Assembly: GCF_036365525.1 (NCBI RefSeq)
Contig: NC_090390.1
Coordinates: 31,292,180 to 31,356,179 of the forward strand
Source: Heterodontus francisci
Taxonomy: Eukaryota
DNA length: 64,000 nucleotides
Direction of reading: 5' to 3'
Shown: one piece after another, positions 35,191-48,089 of the stretch
How positions within the stretch are numbered: position 1 is the first letter of the stretch
How the letters are laid out: every line of letters begins with the position of its first letter
Made by a program: the position numbers and the translations under genes
Notes under the pieces: generated by a model
Seen by the model: the letters and a program-made list of their open reading frames with translations, nothing else
The model's database searches: none
What the model was told of the DNA's origin: nothing

Positions 35191-36998
35191 ATCTGTACCA
35201 GAGCTGGTCACACACAAACAGGCCTCACTCTGTACTGGAGCTGGTCCCAATCAAAGAGGCCTCATTTTGTTCTGGACCTGGTCCTACATAGACAGGACCC
35301 ATCCTATACTGGAGCTTGTCCCACACAGACAGGCCCCATCCTGTACTGGAGCTTGTCCCACATAGACAGGCCCCATCCTGTACTGGAGCTGGTCCCACAT
35401 AGACAGGCCCCATCCTAGACTGGAGCTTGTCCCACACAGACAGGCCCCATCCTGTACTGGAGCTTGTCCCACATAGACAGGCCCCATCCTGTACTGGGGC
35501 TGGTCCCACACAGACAGGACCCATCCTGTACTGGAGCTGGTCCCACATAGACAGGACCCATCCTATACTGGGGCTGGTCCCACACAGACAGGACCCATCC
35601 TGTACTGGAGCTGGTCCCACATAGACAGGCCCCATCCTGTACTGGAGCTGGTCCCACATAGACAGGCCCCATCCTGTACTGGAGCTGGTCCCACATAGAC
35701 AGGCCCCATCCTGTACTGGAGCTGGTCCCACATAGACAGGCCCCATCCTGTACTGGAGCTGGTCCCACACAGACAGGCCCCATCCTGTACTGGAGCTGGT
35801 CCCACATAGACAGGCCCCATCCTGTACTGGAGCTGGTCCCACATAGACAAGCCCCATCCTGTACTGGAGCTGGTCCCACACAGACAGGCCCCATCCTGTA
35901 CTGGAGCTGGTCCCACATAGACAAGCCCCATTCTGTACTGGAGCTGGTCCCACATAGACAGGCCCCATCCTGTACTGGAGCTGGTCCCACATAGACAGGC
36001 CCCATCCTGTACTGAAGCTGGTCCCACATAGACAAGCCCCATCCTGTACTGGAGCTGGTCCCACACAGACAGGCCCCATCCTGTACTGGAGCTGGTCCCA
36101 CACAGACAGGACCCATCCTGTACTGGAGCTGGTCCCACACAGACAGGACCCATCCTGTACTGGAGCTGGTCCCACACAGACAGGACCCATCCTGTACTGG
36201 AGCTGGTCCCACATAGACAGGCCCCCTCCTGTACTGGAGCTGGTCCCACACAGACAGGACCCATCCTGTACTGGAGCTGGTCCCACATAGACAGGCCCCA
36301 TCCTGTACTGGAGCTGGTCCCACACAGACAGGACCCATCCTGTACTGGAGCTGGTCCCACATAGACAGGATCCATCCTGTACCGGAGCTGGTCCCACATA
36401 GACAGGATCCATCCTGTACTGGAGCTGGTCCCACATAGACAGGACCCATCCTGTACTGGGGCTGGTCCCACACAGACAGGACCCATCCTGTACTGGAGCT
36501 GGTCCCACATAGACAGGACCCATCCTATACTGGGGCTGGTCCCACACAGACAGGACCCATCCTGTACTGGAGCTGGTCCCACAAAGACAGGCCCCATCCT
36601 GTACTGGAGCTGGTCCCACACAGACAGGACCCATCCTGTACTGGAGCTGGTCCCACATAGACAGGACCCATCCTGTACTGGAGCTGGTCCCACACAGACA
36701 GGACCCATCCTGTACTGGAGCTGGTCCCACACAGACAGGCCCCATCCTGTACTGGAGCTGGTCCCACACAGACAGGGCCCATCCTGTACTGGAGCTGGTC
36801 CCACACAGACAAGCCCCATCCTATACTGGAGCTGGTCCCACACAGACAGGACCCATCCTGTACTGGAGCTGGTCCCACACAGACAGACCTCATCCTGTAC
36901 TCTAGCTGGTCCCAAACAGATGGGCCCTGTCCTGTACTGGAGCTGGTCCCACATAGACAGCCCTCACTCTGTATCAAAGCTGGTTCCCACACAGACAG
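35191..36998. repeat. 37-bp minisatellite, about 48-49 units
   Basis: Unit GTCCCACA(T/C)AGACAGG(C/A)CCCATCCTGTACTGGAGCTG, head-to-tail with no spacers and degenerate edge units. Confidence 0.97.
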
Positions 36999-36999
36999 T

Positions 37000-37280
37000 A
37001 ATACAAAAGCAAAATACTGATGATGTTGGTAATCTGAAATAAAAGCATAAACTGTTGGAAATACTCAGCAGGTCAGGCAGGATTTGTGGGGGAAGGATCA
37101 GAATTAACCTTTCCAGTCAATAACCATTCATTTGAACTGGGAAAGTTAGAAATGTGATAGGTTTTAAATGAGGGAGAAATGGGTCATAAACCTTCCTTCT
37201 TGTTATTTTTCCCATCATCCCCCATTTCACCTGTTCAAAACCTATTACAATGCTAGCTTTTCCCAGTTCTGATGAAAAAA
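37000..37280. mobile_element. Old Penelope pseudo-LTR with an inverted partial copy
   Basis: Minus-strand tail (caaaatactg..ctgaaataaaa..gaaatactcagcaggtcaggcag), then gaactgggaaagttagaaatgtgataggtttt versus aaaacctattacaatgctagcttttcccagttctgatgaa. Confidence 0.7.
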
Positions 37281-37372
37281 GTTAATTATAATATATAAAT
37301 CATTATTTTCTTACACTAGGAATTCGCATTATCCATTATTAACACAAATATGCATCATAATTACCACAAATA

Positions 37373-37722
37373 TGCGGCACAGTGGCGCAGTGGTTAGCAC
37401 CGCAGCCTCACAGCTCCAGTGACCCGGGTTCAATTCTGGGTACTGCCTGTGTGGAGTTTGCAAGTTCTCCCTGTGTTTGCGTGGGTTTCCTCCGGGTGCT
37501 CCGGTTTCCTCCCACATGCCAAAGACTTGCAGGTTGATAGGTAAATTGGCCATTAGCAATTGCCCCTAGTGTAGGTAGGTGGTAGGGAAATATAGGGACA
37601 GGTGGGGATGTGGTAGGAATATGGGATTAGTGTAGCATTAGTATAAATGGGTGGTTGATGGTCGGCACAGACACGGTGGGCCGAAGGGCCTGTTTCAGTG
37701 CTGTATCTCTAAACTAAACTAA
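37373..37722 (+). mobile_element. HE1/V-SINE-type SINE, best-preserved copy
   Basis: A-box TGGCGCAGTGG, B-box GGTTCAATTCT, tail gggccgaagggcctgtttcagtgctgtatctc(TAAAC)n. Confidence 0.92.
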
Positions 37723-37827
37723 TTTATTCTCTTGCACATAAATTTATTTGGCAGTCCAAGCCTAAAGTAAGGCCTAGTGTAAGTCTGCTGCTTATTGAAA
37801 GCAAGGAGGATTCTTTGGAGGCCATAA

Positions 37828-38990
37828 AGTCATAGAGTTATACAGCACAGAAACAGGCCCTTCAGCCCATCGTGTCCGTGCCGGCCATCAAGCACCTACC
37901 TATTCTAATCCTATTTTCCAGCACTTGGCCTGTAGCCTTGTTTGCTATGGCATTTCAAGTGCTCATCTAAATACTTCTTCAATGTTGTGAGGGTTCCTGC
38001 CTCTACCACCCCTTCAGGCAGTGTGTTCCAGTTTCCAACCACCCTCTGGGTGAACATTTTTTACCTCAAATCCCCTCTAAACCTCCTGCCCCTTACCTTA
38101 AATCTATGCACTTTGGTTATTGACCCCTTCGCTAAGGGAAAAAGTTTCTTCCTATCTAAACTATCAATGCCCCTCATAATTTTGTATACCTCAATCATGT
38201 CTCCCCTCAGCCTTCTCTACTCTAAGGAAAACAATCCTAGCCTTTTCAGTCTCTCTTCATAGCTGAAATGCACCAGCCCAGGCAACATCCTGGTGAACCT
38301 CCTCTGCACCCTCTCCAGTGCAACCACATCCTTCCTATAGTGTGGTGCCCAGAACAGTACACAGTACTCCAGCTGTGGCCTAACTAGCGTTTTATACAGC
38401 TCCATCATTATCTCCCTGCTCTTATATTCTATGCCTCGGCTAATAAAGGCAAGTATCCCATATGCCTTCCTAACCAACTTATCTATCTGTGCTGCTGCCT
38501 TCAGTGATCTATGGACAAGTACACCAAGGTCCCTCTGACCCTCTGTACCTCGTGGGGTCCTACCGCCCATTGTATATTCCCTTGCCTTGTTAGTCCTCCC
38601 AAAATGCATCACCTCACACTTCTCAGGATTAAATTCCATTTGCCACAGCTCCGCCCATCTTACCAGCCCATCTATATCATCCTGTAATCTAAAGCTTTCC
38701 TCCTCACTATTTACGACACCACCAATTTTCGTGTCATCTGCGAACTTACTTATCATACCTCCGATATTCACGTCTAAATCATTGATGTACACTACAAACA
38801 GCAAGGGTCCCAGCACCGATCCCTGCGGTACACCAGCGGTTACAGGCTTCCAATCGCAAAAACAACCCTCGACCATCACCCTCTGCCTCCTGGCACTAAG
38901 CCAATTTTGGATCCAATTTGCCAAATTGCCCTGGATCCCATGGGCTGTTACCTTCTTAACCAATCTCTCATGCGGGACTTTATCAAAAGC
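37828..38990 (-). mobile_element. CR1 LINE 3' portion (RT)
   Basis: ORF 38217-38963 has PQGSVLGP, KFADDTKIGG and RPQLEYC. Same subfamily as 60888-64000. Confidence 0.92.
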
Positions 38991-41900
38991 AAAGCCAGGG
39001 TAGATCCAGTAGCTGAAGCAGTTCCGCTGTTATCCTAAGCATGCTATCAAGTTTATTTATGTTTCACAGCACGTTTTAACACCCTCAGGAACTGAGCGCA
39101 AGGGCTCACCCATGGGCCCGCTGAAATACAGAGCCCAGAAAATATATCTGGGGCAAAAGCGCCCGATGGTGCTATTAACATGGAAACAAATCATAATCAG
39201 ATGATTAGGCTCAAATAAAAGAGATATGGAGTACAAAATTCAGCTCAACACTTGCAGATTTTCAGGCATTTAGCCTCTAGCGTCAATGAGGTTTGGAAAT
39301 ATCCATGTTAAAAAGACACTAACCTACTATCCTAAAACACTAACATTTACAGATTTAGAAAGAATATAACCCCTAAAATAAATTAGGCAATCATTCATTA
39401 TAAAATAAAATTTAAAATGCCCATTCATTTGCCATGAATTATCTTCTAATGACTTTTATTAGTCTGCTTTCCTTTTGCTCGGTCAGACTTGTTTGGAGGC
39501 TAGAATAAAAGCCAACAGTTTTACTAAGACCACCAGCTTGGAAAATTAATCAAGAGCAATCTTACCTTAACCAGGAACCATTTACTTCAGCTGCAGGCAC
39601 CTCAGTGTCAACGCTTCGGGACTTGAGGGAATGTATTCAACGTTTCCATCAGGTGACTGCACATTGCACTGAAACTGATTAGATAACATTTAGTAACAAG
39701 ATCACAACTAGAGACCTATGAACAGCTGATACCAGGGACTTTCAGCTATTCAAAAGGAAGAGGAATGATTTTCACATCTTGGAATGATAGAACAAGAATC
39801 AACTTGGAAAGATCAAACATACATACATTGATGGCTTGATGCTACACTCTCCCTGCATTCTAAAACTAGGTAAATATGTACAAATTAAGACCAAATAATG
39901 ATGAATTCCTCAGTTTCACTTGTTTTTTGTCTTGACCACACTGAAGTTATTTTACTTTCTTATATCTCAGATAAGGCATTGCATAATCAAGTTAATAAAT
40001 TAAGTATGTTGAGCAATTCAGCTGAGCTCCATATTGCAATCTTAAGGGAAAATAATGTCCAAACTTCCATGAGCGTGATAACATTATATGTAGCTCAGCT
40101 CATCTCTGGGCTATCAGCTTCTAATAAAAATAAATTAGAAGGATCACTGATCCATGTGTTTTGGAATTTGGGAACACATTCACTACTTTGTATAAAATGC
40201 CAGTCACAGATTTTCTTTGTGTCAACAGTTGGCATTTTGATAATTTGTCCCCAAAAGCAGACCAAATTGCAAGGGCAAACTGTATCCTGTGATTGAATTC
40301 AAGGCTTTAGAAAACATAAATGTTGAAATGTGGTTTAAAGAGGACAGGGAGATTTTCTCCTCAGAAACCATTGTTAGTAATATTCTAGATAAGGATATTT
40401 CATCTCCCCAGATATGAAAGTCTCTCAATTGTTATGGTTTTGATTGTACGCTCCGAGGTAGTTTGTCATTGTCCGCCAGGATATCAGCCTTCCTCTTTTT
40501 GTCCGTTCTTCTTTAACTTTGTCTTGTTGATCTGCTGCATCTTGTGTTGTAACTTAGGCAGTGTTTACTGAAATAGAAATGTATAGTTTAAGAGAGAGAG
40601 TCAAAAATCTAAATTGGAAAGTGGATTTCTTCTATTTGGAGTCATTGATACGATCTATGTGGTAAATGAGGGGTCGACACCCAACACATTGACAATAATT
40701 TAAGCCATCCATTTGGAACATTAGACAAAGCAATTCAACATCTGAATCTGGCCTTCAGAATTCAGCAAACTTTATTTCATTGGTAACAGCAGTATCAAGG
40801 TGACATACCAAGAAACTCTTTAGGCATAAGCCATAGTTTAAGAAGTTTGAGATCAATATTTTGGTTAAAGAATGTCTAAAATTAAAGATTCCATTATGGT
40901 CTCAAAAAGCTAGCTGCCTACAGCAAGTGGGTGTTGAAATATCTATGGAACAATTATTCAAAAAAATGAATAAAATCTACAATATCAAGACAGTTGCAGA
41001 AGACAGGAACAAGTGTCTCAATGATTGCAGATGGGCAGTAAGGAGGATGAAAGCCCACAAGGGAGGTCAGAAACAGACGGCAAAGGTGGTGTCACGCTAT
41101 CAAAAACATGGTTAGTCATACTGTGGCCACACTGTTCCATTGTTGAACATAGAGTACAGCAAACCTATCCACACCTCTGGATTTCTTTCTATATTATCAT
41201 ATCCTTCATCATTTCAACCTTTAAAGTCATGGGAGGTTCTACAAAATAGCAGGCTCCTGAGTCAGTGGTATTTAACTCATGCACCGATGTTGCAGCATAT
41301 TAATGTTGTAGCAATGTTACCAAAATCTAATAAGCAGCTTCATGTCTGCAATATTACAAAGCTACAGATAAAAATACACAAGTTATTTCTGCATATCCTG
41401 TCTTGCCTCTCTACACCCACCCCGCACTGCCATTCTCCCCTTTTTAACAACAACTTCACTTGGTTTTCCTTGCACAATTTATTTATTAAAAAAAAGTTTA
41501 AAACTCTGGACTCTCACTTGGCTTGGCTAAATGTCAACTTCAAAATCCAAATGGCCTGTCAAAAATACAAACACAAGGTTCAGTGTGGTTGCACCATAAA
41601 TGAGTAAATTTGTCAGCAGTTCTAAAACATGATCGCAGCTAAGTGGGCACATCCCCCCACACCTCCCACAGGATATTAAAGGGTTAAAGTAATAATCACA
41701 TGGTGCCAAAAAAAATTACAGGTCATCAAAATTTGCTTTTTCTTATCTGGACTCCTTCAGGTTTTTGAATCAAATGTTTTATGAAGCCTTAAAAATAATT
41801 CAGATGATGCAAAGTCTAAAGTTACACACTCATAAATCACACTTTCATATCTGCGTAAGTGACTTGGACAAATCCTGAACAGCACCAGATTCCTCAGAAA

Positions 41901-43218
41901 TTGCCATCATTGAATACTGATCCACAATGACAAGATGGTTTTAGATAGATTGCAAACGGTAACTTATTAAGAACACCAATTTGAAAAAAAGAGCTTTTGC
42001 TCAGGGCTATTAATTTTCAAATGGCTCCATAGGTACAAACTCATTGCATAGTATTGTGCTGGACTCCTGATTCTACATTGGTGTCCAAGATAGGAGCTGT
42101 GCTGCTTCAAGCCAATGCTAATTATAGATTACTTTCCCAGAGGGACATTGACAGCCGGAAGGAAGGAGTAAAAGCAGATCAATATGGACACTTTTATGCA
42201 CACATTAGTGCAGAGTTTAAACCAGGCTTTGTAGGCTGTTGCAAAAACAACAACTAGTATATAGTATCAGCTGAAAATAAACATTGTCCTTTCACCTTTG
42301 AGGCTGCGGTTCAACCCTGGGGTAAAAGTATTTCTTCTGTGATAACTAAATATCTTAAATTAAATGAGTCTAATTAAACTTGACGTAGTTGGACACATCC
42401 ATTGAACAAAATTGTACGCAGCTATCATCCCACAGTATCCATCCTAGGTCAGTTATCTTCCAAAGTCCCCGTAGCTCAGGACACAACATTCAATTATCTC
42501 CCTCCTTATAATCCTCAGTCCTATTCCAAAAATATTCATTCAGTTCTTGTGAAAAAGCATTGATCACCAAAACATTTACTGCTTTATTTGGCAAGCTCTC
42601 TCAAATATCCAAATTCGGGTGGGGTAGTGGTGTGGGCGAGAGTGGGGAGCAGGTGTTTCCCAAGTCATGCTCGAGTTTGATTTTATATCATATGTAGTAT
42701 TGCACTCACAGCCCAACTTCATCAGTATCCAACTTCATTAGCAATTCCCAATATGCTAAAAACTTCGATTATATCCCTTCAATCATTTTTTTGCTACTGT
42801 AAACAGTAACAGTTGAGACTTCCCTCATAGCAAAATCCCCAAAATCTTCCTGGTCCTCTGCTCCAAATGCTCTCTAATTTTTGTTGTCTTTTCAAAAGTA
42901 GGGTGCCCAAAAGTGCACATAACATTACAAACATGGCATGATGCATAATTCATAAGGTATATATTTGATGATTATTTGTCTTTGAGATGCATAATTGTGC
43001 ACGATCAATTTACATATTCAATTTCTACTTTGAATCTGGCCAACCTATTCTTGACTTAGCAATGCTTAGTGCAGAGACTGAGTGATAAAATAGAAAAATA
43101 TACCATTCTCTAATACTGACACAACCCCCATTAAATTTATAAATGTAACTGGGGAGGAAAATAATTATGTTTAGACCAGCTTGAACACGAGTTATATTTC
43201 ATCTGATGAATTCCCTCC

Positions 43219-44182
43219 TATTATGACCAGGCAAGGAGAGGGTCTCAGGCTTCCCTTTTGCCTCTTCTCTGGTTTGACTGCAACAGAGTTTATCCATTTT
43301 ACAGAGTGATTGAACTTACCACCTCAGTGAGTGCTTGCTCCTGTTCCTCTAATGTAATTACAAGAGAACCAATCAGACAGGTTTTCTTGAGTTTAACCAA
43401 GAAAGATATAAGTTTATTATCCTTAACACTCTAAACCAATTAAAATTACTAAAACACATTACTAAAATACATTCATGCACACGTTCACCCAAGAGTCACA
43501 CAAACACAAATAGATTACAGAGGAGAAAGCAGAGTTGGGTGGTTGGAGTAGAGTCTGTAATAAATGGAATTTAAATACAGTTTATCAATCCCAGAGTCCT
43601 TAGTTGAAATTGTCGTCCTGAAGTCCTCACTGGGACACGTGTACAGTTTGGGCTTGCTTCTCAGAGCTTTGTCCCCAAGTTGTTGCTTGTGGTGGTCTGT
43701 AGACTTGGCTTTACCAGTTGCAGCTGAGGCTTCTCTAGATCTTTACTGTAGAGAATGAGAGAGCTGCCTCCTTGATGGCTTCTCAGTTACTGTCCTGCTT
43801 TTTGACTGACAACGCTTTTCCTCTCCAGAGCTGCACAGCAGTCACATGACAGTGCCAAAACCTCTTTGTTGGGTTAATGAGGCCCTTCTGGAAAATTCTC
43901 TGAGATTCAAGGTGCCACACCTTAAGCTGGAGGGGGTCGGCTCTTTCAAAGTCAATAGGTGCTGATGGCTCGAGGACCGTTTTGACAAAGCCATTTCGGG
44001 TAATTTAATCAGATAGCACTCCAGTGTTCTGGCTAGGTTGTATCAGTTGTGTTGTCTCCTGTCTAATCCAGGTTACTCATTTTATAAAAAGTTATTTGTA
44101 ATAATTTACAGCAAAAGTCGAAGACGAGGTTCCAACCAATGAAATTAATATTTTCCCATTTGACATGTGGGTTTTCATGACA
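43219..44182 (-). mobile_element. Solo LTR-like element
   Basis: TATTATGACC...TTTTCATGACA. CCTCC duplicated at 43214-43218 and 44183-44187. Minus-strand AATAAA near 43413. Confidence 0.75.
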
Positions 44183-45224
44183 CCTCCTATTACTTAATAG
44201 TTTTCATTCCCCTTTGCCTAACAAAGATTTCCCAACCACGTATTAAAGCCGCCAAACTATTTTTGGCTTCAAGTAGCTTGATTCAACTAACAATTTAAGG
44301 AGAGACAAAAGAGTGTCCCATGGTGTTCAGCTATCAGTTTTTTTCTGCTCTCACACCTCCAGATTGTGTTTTTCTTGGAAACTAACCAAGACTTTGAGCT
44401 CTCTGAATGGGAATCATGTGTACAAATTTACATTTTAATTGCACCTTGAGATAGAAAATAAGAAATCCTTAACTTCCAGTGTCATTTGATATTCCCGCAG
44501 TTTAACACCTGCTGCATTATTTTTTAAAAACCTAAAGATTGCAACATACTAAAATACTTAAACTCAAAATAATTTTACATTGCATTAAAAGGCAGTTAAA
44601 AATGGTATCACTTACAAACTTAATTTTCATGCCTCAGTCCATGTGCAGTGATATCTTTTTTTTTTTTACTTGCATCCTTCAATATATCTGAAAAATGATG
44701 GAACATATTTGAGTCTTTGCCAATGTCACCTCTTTGACATCAACAGAATAAGCAGCAAATGTAAATCTTCAGCTGGAACAAGGGTTTAACATCTCAGTTC
44801 TATTGTTCTTGTGTACTGTATAGTCCATCAACTAAACAGATATTAACCTTTGTTCTGTTTGTTCAACGTTCTTTCCAATCGAAAACAACTAAAAAGTAGG
44901 AAATAAACAAATGGGCACTGTGGTCCATTTGACTCATAGGGAAACGCATAGGGAACACTCAGCTTTGCAAAGATAATTATAGTGAGTGCATTCAAATGTT
45001 ACCTCCAAAATGAAGACATTTTATTTTTTATTAATATACTTCTAATGAGCATTTGTTTCCCAGGCTATAGTCATTTCATATTAAATTACCTCCTGTTACA
45101 ACTGCAGGTTACTTAGTATAGTTCAAATTGGTAACAAATGTAATCCACTTATGTATACAATTTCCATGCAATCTAATGAAAATTATATTTGAACCTTATG
45201 GTAATTTCCTTCAAAAACTGCCAT

Positions 45225-48080
45225 TTGATGCTACATGTAGATTGGGATGTTCACAAAAATACAAACATACAATGACAGACAGGTAAAGATCCCCTGGTTC
45301 ATCCAGCCAGTCCCACAAAATTGTGTCACCTTGTGCATTACAATATACACACTTCCACCCCACCCAAAGCCTTGTGATCTCCTGGAGAGTCCAGAAACCA
45401 GATTTTTAAAAATAGGCCAAAATGGGGGAAAAGGTTTGGGCAATTGGTCGCCAACCCCTCTAGGCAATCAAAACTAGTCCAGATGATAATTCTGGCTCTG
45501 AATTCGCTAAAGTACTTAGCTTTTGTAAGAGGTGATATCCATCCCAACCAGAAACAAATCCAGCTCTTGCTTGAGGGAATTTGGCGGATCAGCACCCACC
45601 GCACTAGACAGCAGCCTGTTCCAGAGGTCCACTATTCTCTGGGAAAAGAACCAGCTCCTCATATCTAACCTAGATCTGGCCTTAGACAACTTAAAATTGT
45701 GATCTTTGGTCCTCCCTAATCTATTTAATTAGAACAAACTATCAACTGGAACACAATATTCCCTTCATTATTTTATAAACCTCAATCAGAACATGCCTAA
45801 GTCTACACTTCTCTAAAGTCTACAGTCCTAACTTTTTTCGCCTATCTTGATAAAGAAGGTACTTTAAAATGGGAATTAGTTCAGTGGCCCTCCTCTTCAT
45901 CCTTTCCAAAGCCTCAATTCAAGACCAAAACAGGACACAGTGTTCCATGCGAGGCCTAACCAAGGACTTGCACAAGGATAAAATATTATGATTTGTCTTA
46001 TACACAATTGTCCTATGAATGCACCCAACACCCTCTTTGCTCTTGGTTGGCATCCTTCCATCTACGAAAGATGATGGACACGCAGCAAACAATCCATTTC
46101 GGTGGGGTGTCTTCTCTTGATGCACCTTTGCTGATGGCTGTGAAGGCCAATCCTTGAGAGGCAGGTTCTGCACAAGTACCGCACAGTAAGCTGCCAAGTG
46201 ATGCTGAGTTGTTGTTTTTGACACTGATGCCTGTTGCCAAGCTGCTGTAGCAACTGGGCATCATGGTCGTGCACACCAATCCATAGGATGTGTCACCACT
46301 TTCCACTTTTGCCATCCCGTGACTCCCAAGTACGATAGTTGACATTTAGGGCCTTCACGTCACACTTGCAAGCATCCTTGAAGCGGAGCTTTGGACGCCC
46401 CACTGGTCATCTGGCCCTGGCTACCTCACTATACAAAAGGTCTTTGGGTATGTGACCATCTTCCATCTTGTGGACGTGTCCGATCCACCAAAGCTGTCTC
46501 TGTTTGATTCGTAACAACACACCAGGGAGCTCTGCCTTTGAGGGGACTGACGCATTTGTGATTTTGTTCTGACAGGATATACTCCTAATGCACCACAGAC
46601 AGTGAAAATAGAAATTATAGAGCTTTTTTTTCTTGGTAGCTGTAAGTTGCCCATGTTTCACAGCCATACAGTGAGGTGTTGAGAACACAGGCCTTCTGAA
46701 CCATCAGCTTAGTCCTAAGGGCCAGCTTGGTGTTATCCCATGCGTATTTCGCAAGTTGGCCAAAAGTGGTAGCTGTTTTCCCTATGCTGTGTGTCAAGGG
46801 ACAGATTGTGTCAATCACCGTGGGCCCAAGGTAGTAGAATATTCTAACCTCTTCCAATGGGGTGTTATTTAGTGTGATCAGGGGCAGAGATGCAACACCT
46901 TGTCCCTTGACTACAGTTTGTTAATGCTTATAGCCAAGAAGAACAAGTTACAGGCATGGGAGAGACAGTCCATGAGTCGTCGTGGCTGAGTTTGTGTGAG
47001 TGATTAGCACAGCATCATTAGCATAGAGGAGTTCTCTGATCAGAACACCATATGTTTTTGCCTTCGCTTTCAGCCTTTATAGATTATAGAGCCTGTCGTC
47101 TGATTTAGTGTGCAAGTAGACTCCTTCCATATCTGCAGGGAAGGCCAAGGTCAGTAGCATGGAGAGGAACATACCAAACAGAATGGGGGCTAGGACACAA
47201 CCCTGTTTCACTCCATTCTTCACTCTGAAATGGTCAGAAGTGGACCCATCAAACTGTAGTGTAGCGTATATTGTCATGGAAGGAGCGGATGAGACAGCCA
47301 ATTTTTGCCAAAGTCTTGTAGTGATGGTATCTCTGCTGATGGTATCAAATGCTTTAGTGAGATCTACACAAGTAATAAAAAGGGGTATACTCTGTTCCTT
47401 ACACACTTCTCTTGTAGCTGGCGTATGGAGAAGATCTTGTCCACAGTAGGTCTGGTGGCACTGAAACCACAGTGTGTTTCTGGGTACACTCAGTGTGCAA
47501 GTAAATGGAGTCTTTTAAGTATGACCCTAGCAAACAGCTTCCCATGATGCTAAGGAATGAGATGCCCCTGTAGTTGTTGCAGTCTCCCCTGTTGTCTTTG
47601 TTTTTGTACAGTGTGATGATTTTGGCATCATGCCTTTCTTCCTTTGGAACAGAGCCTGCTTTCTGGCAGAGGAGGAGGAGGTCATAAAGGTGTGGCAATA
47701 GATAGGACTTCCTGTGCTGTATTTATTGCTTTACAGCATTGCTCATGCACCATTAGAAATCTATGCACTAGAATGCCCAGATCATTTTCCTTCTCATCTT
47801 CATTAATGCTTTTTCTAGAAGAGCATATGAATGTTAAGCATTCACCTTGCCCATATGCACAATGCTATTCTTACCCAAATTAAACATAGTTTGCCAATCA
47901 TAAGCCCAATCTCCACCACATTAAAATCTGCCTGAAGCAAACATCACCTGCAGTCCTAACACTCACACAGAGCTTTGTATCATCTGCAAATTTGCAGATC
48001 CTCTCTCCAAACACCTACATCCAACTCATTAAAATGGTACTAAATTTGTCACGGGTCTCAAACAGATCCAAATCCATCTA
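45225..48080 (-). mobile_element. Degenerate CR1-type LINE 3' half, interrupted by an RTE
   Basis: KSLVRPRMEHCVLFWS near 45920-45990 and a CKFADD remnant (catctgcaaatttgc) at 47981. Confidence 0.6.
46040..47700 (-). mobile_element. RTE-clade LINE fragment
   Basis: IITLYKNKDNRGDCNNYRGIS, DLTKAFD, GVKQGCVLAPILF, ELLYAND, LYGCETW, WIGHVHKMEDGHIPKDLLY and GRPKLRFKD. Confidence 0.9.
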
Positions 48081-48089
48081 TAACATCTT

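Noticed and set aside
35225-36992. Long ORFs of 352-514 aa as a protein-coding gene
   Set aside because: All frames give the same peptide as an arithmetic result of the repeat. There is no unique coding flank or splice context.
35191-36998. CRISPR-like array (37-bp repeats)
   Set aside because: Units are contiguous with no unique spacers, there are no cas genes, and the context is vertebrate. It is a minisatellite.
39898-42257. Short ORFs in the TE-poor intergenic block
   Set aside because: AT-rich, with no recognisable domains or consistent exon chain.
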